Source: Paramicrosporidium saccamoebae KSL3
Lineage: Eukaryota > Fungi > Cryptomycota
Direction of reading: 5' to 3'
Length of the DNA: 11,314 nucleotides
NCBI GenBank assembly: GCA_002794465.1
Contig: MTSL01000053.1
Span: 1 to 11,314, forward strand
This document shows positions 1 to 7,401 of the stretch, in pieces; position 1 is the stretch's first letter, and every line of letters starts with the position of its first letter. The position numbers were made by a program, and so were the translations under genes. Below the pieces are notes generated by a model, which was given only the letters and a program-made list of their open reading frames with translations, searched no databases and was not told where the DNA came from.

Positions 1-2823
1 TGGAACATTGAAACCTTGCGTAGGAGGAGCATTGAAATTCTGTGTCGGCGGGGCATTGAAACCCTGCGTTGGAGGGACATTGAAATTCTGAATTGGGGGA
101 ACACCAAATCCTTGTCCTTGCACATGTCCGGGATGTCTTCCGGGAAGCGACGTCTGTTGGGGCTCTGCAGTCTTGAGATTCTCCGGAGCCACATCCACGG
201 CCAAAGTTTGATAAAGTTGTGGTACTGGTCTGATGGGAATATTCATTGTCCGTGTAGCCTGACAGAGACGATCTCCGAATACACTCACCAGATCCGATTC
301 TCCGTTCAACTCGCGCGCATTGCTGAACGAGTTAAAGTACCTTACGGCCACATCCAACAAGCCATTGTTGGCCATAACATATGCATATTCGATAAATTTA
401 TCAGAAATCTCCGGAATGCTCTCCTGGATTGGGGTAGCCTCTTGTGGTGCCAAATATCCAGACACTTGTTCCAGGATTCTCGTCTTTTCGATCAATGATT
501 CAAGCCACAGACCGTATTCCATTGAATTCCGCTCAGGAGCGTTTCGGATGGTCCCGGAGAATACAAGGGAAATGGCTCTGGCAGCATCGCCCGCTGCCAT
601 GTGGCAGATTAGGGCAGGAGTGATGAATTGAGGATTAGTTGCTATGGCAGCCTCCAACCGACCCCCTAGGATGCTGCAGAGTTGGGTAAAGGTAGCTCCT
701 TTGGCATATGAGCAAATGAGAGCCATGATTTCTTCCCAATTGTCCACCAAGGCGTGCTGCACAACATCACTCAAGTCCTTTTTGACAATTCCAGAAACGA
801 GACGGAGATACGGGAAACGGGCCTTTTGGAAGTATATCTGCTGCGTCTTGGCAACCAAAGCATCCCCTCCACAAATCGCCACCAAAAGAGCATCAGAGAG
901 ACGGTCGGCCTTGACACAAAGATCAACGGCTGCCTCAAAATTGCCCAAGATGATAGCACGGGTGATGGTCCGGTCAATCTCGCTGCATTCGGGCCCAAAC
1001 AGTGCAAACGGAACTCCTTGGAACGTACTGCGTCTTTTCAATCCCTCCCCAGAAGAAGAGTGGATCGCCGTCTCTTCTGCGGGTGCCTCTTCAGCGTTCT
1101 GAACAAGCGATTGGAAATCAAACTGATCGCCGCTTTCGGGACTACCAGCTGTACCGAAAAAATCATCAAACTTGCCGCCATCATCAGGCGCATTAAAGGC
1201 CGGCGGGGAGGAGTCAGTGGTTGATGTGTGCACAGGAGCGGGCTTGTGGGCCGATTCTTCTGCCAGTGTAAGCACACGCAACTTCTCGGCAAGCTGTTGC
1301 TGATCGAATCCCAGCAAATTCATAAGCTTTTCTTGGGGATTCGACTCGAACATGACCTTAGCGACGTTCCAGAAAACCGCCTCGCTATCAGACACATGAA
1401 GATTGGGGATTGCAGAAGGAATCTTTTCAGCGCAGTACTCGACCAGCATCTGATTGCTTAGTGCAGCATCGAGTTTGGCTGATTCACTGACAAGCTTCTC
1501 ATTCGTCCCCACATTCACAATGGTGACAATGCGTCCCGAAGCATCTCCCCGGAGCGACGAAAAAGAGACAAGACGCCCTCCAAACGCAAATGAAATACCA
1601 ATGGGACGACGGAGCCATTTTGGGATTTGCACATGAGTAGGTGCGGGTGCTCTTTGGGCCATTCCTGAGGAGGCCATGGCAAAGAAATCCTCAGCATTTG
1701 AGGATTGTGGGGCAGGCCGTCCTCCACCGGACATGAGTTGCTGGAACGAATTGACCTCAACCATGCCTGAGAACGATGCAGTGGAGAAAAGATCGGGGTT
1801 GCGAGGACACCACTGAACATCAAAGAGCCAATTGTCGCTGTGAGTCAGCTCGGCAATCACAGTGCCAGACTTGGGATTCCAACAAATAGACTTGTTGTCT
1901 TTTCCACAGCTCAATAATAATTCGGCATCCTTGGGACACCATGCCATGGACAAAATTCCCTTGGTATGTCCAGTCAGGGTCTACATTGTGAATTCCACAC
2001 AACAAATTACCTTTTCGGGAGCACGGGCATTGCGGAGATCCCACGACATGATAATGGGGTTCTGATCGTCATCAGATGCAACCAGAATCTGGGTTGCATT
2101 TTCGGGATTCCATGCAATGGCAGACATGCCAAACCGTTGTCCGGGAGCTGACAGCTGAAGCACCTCCTTGCGACTCTTCAAGTCCCACACCGAGGTGAAT
2201 CCAGAATTGGATGCCGTAGCCAAAATATGTGGGACTATTCTATTCCAGGCCAAATCAGTAATATCCTCAAGTTTTGAGCTCTTCGTGGCCGAAGGAGAAT
2301 ATGGCTGGCTGAGATTATTCAAATCCCAAAGCCAAATCTAGTAATTAGTGACACTTTGTGATATCCCTACTTCAGAGTCTGTCGCACCAGAAGCTACCAG
2401 AAAAGGTTGGAATGGATTGACTTGAAGACCACGGACTGCTCCATGGTGCGCCTCACAACGGGCAATCAATGCACTTTCGTTGTTGGGCGTCTTGAGCAGG
2501 TCAGCGACATTCCAAAATGACAATGTTCCATCCTCACATCCACCAATAATTACTCCATCTGTTGAGGTGCTATTATGTGCACTCCATGCCAACCGATTGA
2601 ACCGCGATGGCGCTGAGAGGGTCGTCCGCTGTACCACCTCTCCCGTGCTTTTATCATCCAAATTCAGTTCATGGATTTCCAACTCGGCCAGTGTGCTGAA
2701 GGAAGCGTCGAGAGCGCCCGCCAATGTGCCAGTGGCAAGCAATGGCGAGGTAATTTGTGGCGGGCTCCAGGCGACGGCTGCCGTGCGTTTAACCTCTTTC
2801 AATGACATTCGGCTTGGGACCAT
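1..2823 (-). CDS. SEC31: COPII outer coat protein Sec31, 3'-truncated by the window edge; exons 2823-2371, 2337-2011, 1980-<1
   Basis: The N-terminus M..SLKEVKRTAAVAWSP and the WD40 segments FNRLAW, VRGLQVNPFQPFLVASG, IWLWDLNN, GHTKGILSMAWCPKDAELLLSCGKDN and WLFDVQWCPRNPDLFSTASF are Sec31-like. PKWLRRPIGISFAFGGRLV is the Sec31 hallmark, followed by the alpha-solenoid (ITRAIILGNFEAAVDLC) and the start of the Pro-rich region. Removing two GT-AG introns joins all frames. Exon 3 (660 codons) is open to position 1, which is why the ORF track omits it. The start could instead be the second ATG (MSLKEVKR, 2808). Confidence 0.96.
6..101 (-). repeat. Coding 24-nt tandem repeat (4 units, may continue past the window edge) encoding PP-[IT]-Q-[NG]-FN-[VA] in the Sec31 Pro-rich region
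   Basis: CATTGAAA recurs at 6, 30, 54 and 78. Units alternate between ..AACC(T/C)TGCG and ..AATTCTG, giving a 48-nt higher-order period. The minus-strand translation is VPPIQNFNVPPTQGFNAPPTQNFNAPPTQGFNVP. Confidence 0.92.
1981..2010 (-). other. Spliceosomal intron 2 of SEC31 (30 nt, phase 0)
   Basis: Minus-strand sequence GTAATTTGTTGTGTGGAATTCACAATGTAG; removal joins PEK to TLTGHTKGILS, the conserved WD40 GH motif. Confidence 0.93.
2338..2370 (-). other. Spliceosomal intron 1 of SEC31 (33 nt, phase 0)
   Basis: Minus-strand sequence GTAGGGATATCACAAAGTGTCACTAATTACTAG with a CTAAT branch point; removal joins ATDSE to IWLWDLNN. Confidence 0.93.
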
Positions 2824-2925
2824 GCGCCGCGTTAATTATGAGGAAAACAACAATTCTTTTGTTTTTTCATGGAAGTGTGATTGGTTGGAGACTGGTTAAG
2901 TTGAGTGAATAGGCTCAGATGGGGG
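2824..2925. promoter_or_regulatory. Probable bidirectional promoter between SEC31 and the isoprenoid-synthase-like gene, with a CCAAT box
   Basis: Only 102 nt separate the two divergent ATGs. The spacer has an AT-rich tract (about 2832-2870) and TGATTGGTT (2878-2886), which is AACCAATCA on the minus strand, an NF-Y/Hap2-3-5 type site. Confidence 0.55.
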
Positions 2926-4284
2926 ATGATAAACGAAACGAAAGGGGCCAACTATTCTACGGACAACTTGAGCAAAAGATTTGAAGAATTGGGAAGGGTT
3001 GCTCGACCAACAGAAGACTTTAATGAGATTCTGGAGGAAGCCAGAAAGGCTGCGGTGGATTGGATGTCCACATCGGATACGCTAGCAAAAGAGCCTGTAT
3101 ACAGCAGTAACGATCAGTTTCACAATGATCACGATCTTGAACAGGTGAGAAATCTGGCCAGACAAGTGATGCACAAGAAGGGGATAGGAAGAATGGAGCG
3201 AGTTTTCCATGAGCCGGGATTAACAGGGAAGGCTGCTCGATACTTGGGAGTTGGCGTCATGTGGTTGGCATTGAACCGGTGGTCTCATGTCTTTTTGAAA
3301 AGATCGAATCAGAGGCTGGTTGATGCGCAGAAATGGCTGAGTCTCTGTCTGCAATTCGAGTCCGCCTTGAAGCGCTTCTCGGGGTGGCTTTCAAGAGTGT
3401 ATCCTAGTTGCAGTCTTAAGGAGAGGATAAAGGCTATTAGGATGCTGTGGACTGCGACATTTCTCGCTGCCCTATATGGTCGTTTTGAAAACATTAATGA
3501 TACCTCCTTGTTCGCCTGTGCCCTGCTCTATCCACTTGTTGATGATTACCTGGATACTGAAACCAATGATTTGTATCGACAGGACTTTGCGGCCAAGCTA
3601 AAGTCCAAAGTCACATTTAGCAAACCTTCAGGATCCGACTGGTCATCGCCGCACCCCAACTCCAAGCTTGTTGGCGAGTTGGTTGAGCAGGTGATGCAGC
3701 GCTTTATGCTGTCCAGTTCTAATAGACAATTGGCCATCAGTTTGCTGTACTCGCTGATAGATCTGGAGCTGAAGAAGGTCCCAAAAGACTTACTATTTTC
3801 CACCACTTGCAAGGGCGGGTTCACTCTTTGTCTTTTACACATGATGATTGTCGACTCTATTGATATGCACAATATTCAAGTTCTACTTCGCCTCGGCCTT
3901 TCCCTGCAGATGGTGGATGACTTGCAAGATATTCATGAAGACTTGGGCGAAATGACCAATACGTTGGCTACGGATCATGTTTACTCAAGTCCGGATCTCC
4001 GACGACAATTCGCCAGGACAATCAATTTCATCAGATATCGAATATTCACAGGTCTCTATAGGAGACATAAGATTCCCTTTGAAGATGGCCTTAAGATTGT
4101 ATTTACTGAATCACTGGTCTTGCTCTGCATGGAAGCAGCAGTAAATACCCTTTCCCTGCTTTCCCCCGACATTGCTTCCCTCACGCAGCACTGTCAGCTG
4201 TCATCTGCGTTTCTGAAGAAACATCCAATCGAGTTGTCGCTTCATCGAGTCACTAGCCTAATTGTCGCTTCATCGGATCACTAG
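2926..4284 (+). CDS. Uncharacterised class I isoprenoid synthase / terpene synthase-fold protein (about 452 aa, intronless)
   Basis: Long uninterrupted ORF. It contains LLYPLVDDYLD (DDxxD, 3541-3555), TCKGG (K at 3811) and LGLSLQMVDDLQDIHED (second DDxxD, 3916-3930, in the GLxxQxxDDxxD context of trans-prenyltransferases). The first in-frame ATG is 2926; the track's GTG start at 2905 is unlikely in a eukaryote, and an alternative ATG lies at 3064. The fold call rests on motifs only and the substrate is unknown. Confidence 0.72.
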   Translation: MINETKGANYSTDNLSKRFEELGRVARPTEDFNEILEEARKAAVDWMSTSDTLAKEPVYSSNDQFHNDHDLEQVRNLARQVMHKKGIGRMERVFHEPGLTGKAARYLGVGVMWLALNRWSHVFLKRSNQRLVDAQKWLSLCLQFESALKRFSGWLSRVYPSCSLKERIKAIRMLWTATFLAALYGRFENINDTSLFACALLYPLVDDYLDTETNDLYRQDFAAKLKSKVTFSKPSGSDWSSPHPNSKLVGELVEQVMQRFMLSSSNRQLAISLLYSLIDLELKKVPKDLLFSTTCKGGFTLCLLHMMIVDSIDMHNIQVLLRLGLSLQMVDDLQDIHEDLGEMTNTLATDHVYSSPDLRRQFARTINFIRYRIFTGLYRRHKIPFEDGLKIVFTESLVLLCMEAAVNTLSLLSPDIASLTQHCQLSSAFLKKHPIELSLHRVTSLIVASSDH

Positions 4285-4540
4285 TTGAATTGTCGCGTCA
4301 TCGAAACACTAGTAAAATTATCGCTCCATGTAATAAATAGTCGAATTATCGTTTAATGTAACTACTAGTCAAAGCATCGTTTCATCGAGTTAGCAGTCAA
4401 ATTGCCCATCAAGTTGTAGTCAGATCGCCCATCAAGTTAGTAGTCAAATCGCTAATCAAGTCACTAGCCAAATCACTAATCAAGTCACTAGCCAAATCAC
4501 TAATCAAGCCAGTAATCATGCCAGCAATCAAGTCATTAGT
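4234..4540 (+). repeat. Degenerate minisatellite of about 12-14 units whose period shifts from 28 to 24 to 12 nt; overlaps the last codons and stop of the upstream CDS
   Basis: 28-mers start at 4234, 4262, 4290 and 4318 (e.g. TTGTCGCTTCATCGAGTCACTAGCCTAA), with degenerate units at 4346 and 4376. 23-24-mers start at 4402, 4425, 4449 and 4473 (TC(G/A)CTAATCAAGTCACTAGCCAAA). 12-mers of the TAATCAAGCCAG type run to about 4540. Confidence 0.9.
4332..4337 (+). terminator. Candidate poly(A) signal AATAAA for the 2926-4284 gene, inside repeat unit 4
   Basis: AATAAA lies 47 nt after the TAG stop. Confidence 0.45.
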
Positions 4541-4714
4541 TTACTCTAGTCTAGTTATCAGAAAAATAAGTCACATGATACGTTGGTCATTCGAAAGACT
4601 AATTACAGCCTTGCCATTGGCCAGCCGGTGCATAACATAAGCACCTGATTGGACTCCGAGCCAACCGTGGGGTAGCCTCTAATAATCACCCAGTTTCATC
4701 TGCAGAGGCCTCTG

Positions 4715-6073
4715 ATGGATGCACGACGTGCCCCCGATACGTCACACGACCACCTTATGCCAGAAGAGTTTCCCGATAAACCCCCGGTGGTCGGCACACG
4801 ACGTAGTGTACACGACAGTCCGGAACTTGTTTTCGCTTCGCGGGAGGCCCGCGGCGTTCCACAGGAAAGCCCAAATAGGGAGAGGAATAGTTTTTATCGA
4901 CGACAGAGGAGGGAGCGCCTGTCTTCAGCTTCAGAAGCGGAGTCTATTACCGGGGACGACAAGGAGTTCTTGTTCCCCATTGAACGGGACAGCAAACCTT
5001 CAATGAAAGCCAGCTCCTCCCTACAGAGCTGTTCATATTCGTCTTCCCCGCGATCAAGTCACAAAGTGAGGGCCCACTCGGTCTCAGTGACAAATCCCCT
5101 GTGCAAGTCGTCATATGCTTCACTGCCGCAATCACCAGCCACCTCCTTCCTCGCCCAGTTTGCCCAGCCAGATGATTGGAGGGGACAACAGGATGTCGAA
5201 GATGGCGCGATCATTGACAAGTACCGAGTTGGGAGGGTTATCGGCCGGGGAAGCTTTTCGGAATGCAGGGAGGCCATATTCGATGATGGATCCGGAGATG
5301 AGCGAGTCGCCATGAAGATTATTAAGTCAGACAAGACTGAGTGCGAGAGTTTGTCTGACTTTGACAAGGAGCTGGCTGTGTGGCGGAGATTAAGACACGA
5401 TAACATCCTACCTTTGCTCGACTGTATTCGGAGTGATGGAATGAGAATTGCGGTATCTCCGGTCGCAGACAATGGGACCTTGCTGGAATATATCACCACC
5501 CATGGTCCCTTCTCCGAGGCCCAGGCCAAGATTCTTTTCCGACAGATATGCCAAGCAGTGTCCCACATGCACAATGACCACGGGATTGTTCACCGGGACA
5601 TTAAACTGGATAATATTTTGCTAGATAGCCAACTTCGTCCCTATCTGTGTGACTTTGGACTAAGTGAGTGCACTAGACACGATGACGAATTCGATATCCA
5701 TTGTCAGGAGGGCCGATGTCGACGAAGTGAAGGCGAGCTATTCTGTAAAGGCTCTCTCTGGTATATTCCTCCCGAAGAACTGAATCCTGATCTTTTGACA
5801 CGTAGTCCAAAACTGGCGCAGGGAGAGTACAGGAAAAAGGGCGATGTCTGGTCGCTGGGCATTGTTTTGTATGGAATGGTCACTGGGAAGCTTCCCTTTA
5901 CTGACGATTTTCTTCCAAGACTCCAGGCTACAGTCACCACTGGCCAATATCCTCCATTGCCAGAGAGCCTTTCCAGGAGTCTCCACGACCTGATGTCTAA
6001 ATTATTAATTGTGGATGTAGATGATCGCCCATGTATTGCCAAAGTGGTTATGCATGAATGGCTTGGAACATAG
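4715..6073 (+). CDS. Ser/Thr protein kinase, CAMK/CAMKL-like, possibly related to the fungal Nnk1 family (452 aa)
   Basis: All catalytic motifs are present: GRGSFS, VAMKII, HRDIKLDNILLD, DFG, GSLWYIPPE and DVWSLGIVLYGMVTGKLPF. The N-terminal about 165 aa are Ser/Arg-rich and low complexity. PFxDxFxPRLQ and SFLAQF before the domain recall Nnk1-like kinases (from memory, unverified). AATAAA is at 6108-6113. Confidence 0.93.
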   Translation: MDARRAPDTSHDHLMPEEFPDKPPVVGTRRSVHDSPELVFASREARGVPQESPNRERNSFYRRQRRERLSSASEAESITGDDKEFLFPIERDSKPSMKASSSLQSCSYSSSPRSSHKVRAHSVSVTNPLCKSSYASLPQSPATSFLAQFAQPDDWRGQQDVEDGAIIDKYRVGRVIGRGSFSECREAIFDDGSGDERVAMKIIKSDKTECESLSDFDKELAVWRRLRHDNILPLLDCIRSDGMRIAVSPVADNGTLLEYITTHGPFSEAQAKILFRQICQAVSHMHNDHGIVHRDIKLDNILLDSQLRPYLCDFGLSECTRHDDEFDIHCQEGRCRRSEGELFCKGSLWYIPPEELNPDLLTRSPKLAQGEYRKKGDVWSLGIVLYGMVTGKLPFTDDFLPRLQATVTTGQYPPLPESLSRSLHDLMSKLLIVDVDDRPCIAKVVMHEWLGT

Positions 6074-6379
6074 TGGTTGTAATTATTTGAATATATATAG
6101 AGCAAGGAATAAAAAGTTGTTATACTGTCACGGAGTGGGAGATATACCACAGATCAAGTCAGGCGGGAAAGGGGGGGGGGGTTTGTTCACTGCTAATCCT
6201 AGAATAGTATGGATACACACCTCACCGCCCTCAAATACCCAAATAATCAATCCTCTACGTCACAAAGGTATCGTACACTTTAATGAAACTAATTCTTGCT
6301 CTTTCAACAGGCTGCCCTCGATATGCTTCTCGTTTTGGAAAGATGGCATGACTAGGTTAGCGATTGGCCGTTGCATGGA

Positions 6380-7369
6380 ATGAGCCTGACGGTCCTTTTC
6401 TACTCTGCGGCTGCCGTCACTCTCACCTCTGCCGTTCCTCTCTTCATATTCTTTGTTCTTGGTCCGTTGCTCTTTAAATCTCCTCATCAGCCCACCATCC
6501 TCACAGGTCTCGTCTCTCTCGCCGTCGGGTCTCTCCTCGGTGATGTCTTTTTCCATCTCATCCCCGAGATTTTCGCCCTCCGTGAAAACTATTTGCGAAA
6601 TTGCACGCTGATGATGATGGGAGTGTTTGTGTTTTTCGTGGGGGAGCGTGTACTGCAGCACTACCATCAAGGACACGGCCATGGACATATGGAGTTTCGA
6701 AATCAGTCAAATTTTTCCATGATTAGCGACGCTACTCGAGATGTAGAGGGCGAGGAGGAGGTGGAACTAGATATCTTGACAACGCAGATCGAAACGAAAT
6801 CTGCCACTCCTGCCACAATTGACGTAGAACGGTCCTTGGAGGTTACCACCAAGCCTGTGGGACTGTTAGTGCTAACGTCAGACTTTATCCATAACTTTGT
6901 CGATGGGATAGCCATTGGCGTCTCGTTTGCAACGTCCTTTCCCGTGGGATTGTCGACAGCAGCAGCCGTGTTCCTCCATGAAATCCCCCACGAACTAGGT
7001 GACTTTGCCATCTTGCTCGCAGCAGGATATTCTCCCATGACAATTGTAATTTGTAATATTCTGACAACGCTGAGTTCATTTCTGGGAATTGTGGTTGCCT
7101 TGTTCCTGATTGTACTCTATGGGAATGGCGGACTTGCCCAGTCAGATCCAGACCTGGGACCATTTTCCGCCTCTCTCAAGCCCGCCATTCTAGCGCTGAC
7201 AGCTGGCAACTTTCTGTACATTGCACTGGCTGATCTCGTACCTGAACTCTTGCAGAGCTCCCACAAGACCGATGGGGAAGGAGGATCTCGATGGCTTCCA
7301 TGGATACAATACTCTGCATTCCTTGTTGGTGGGACGTCCATGCTTCTCATAAAAATAGTCAGCGATTAA
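6380..7369 (+). CDS. ZIP (SLC39) family zinc/metal transporter, LIV-1 subfamily; the 5' end may be incomplete
   Basis: TM2 reads SLAVGSLLGDVFFHLIPE, there is a His-rich loop HYHQGHGHGH, TM4 reads DFIHNFVDGIAIG, TM5 carries the LIV-1 signature HEIPHELGD (HExPHExGD), and TM7 reads AGNFLYIALADLVPEL. The first in-frame ATG is 6380; an in-frame TAG at 6353-6355 closes the frame upstream. Confidence 0.92.
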   Translation: MSLTVLFYSAAAVTLTSAVPLFIFFVLGPLLFKSPHQPTILTGLVSLAVGSLLGDVFFHLIPEIFALRENYLRNCTLMMMGVFVFFVGERVLQHYHQGHGHGHMEFRNQSNFSMISDATRDVEGEEEVELDILTTQIETKSATPATIDVERSLEVTTKPVGLLVLTSDFIHNFVDGIAIGVSFATSFPVGLSTAAAVFLHEIPHELGDFAILLAAGYSPMTIVICNILTTLSSFLGIVVALFLIVLYGNGGLAQSDPDLGPFSASLKPAILALTAGNFLYIALADLVPELLQSSHKTDGEGGSRWLPWIQYSAFLVGGTSMLLIKIVSD

Positions 7370-7401
7370 AGGATAATCGATTTATCAATCGGAGTTTAGT
7401 T

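Noticed and set aside
16-1636. Plus-strand ORFs (16-498, 320-631, 644-1102, 754-1224 and others)
   Set aside because: These are antisense shadows of SEC31 exon 3, which is open for 660 codons and has recognisable homology. They show no motifs of their own.
2919-2984. Out-of-frame ATG at 2919 (MGDDKRNERG...) as the true first exon of the orphan
   Set aside because: No GT donor occurs before its TGA, so it cannot be spliced into the main frame. At most it is a short uORF.
2926-4284. Lack of introns as proof of horizontal transfer of the orphan
   Set aside because: The kinase, COX9 and the ZIP ORF are also intronless, so this is uninformative; only a phylogeny can decide.
6353-6355. TAG readthrough or a reassigned stop codon extending ZIP upstream (AALDMLLVLERWHD*VSDWPLHGM)
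   Set aside because: TAG ends the kinase, UBC9, NOP7 and the orphan normally, and no conserved domain here is interrupted by an in-frame stop, so there is no sign of a non-standard code.
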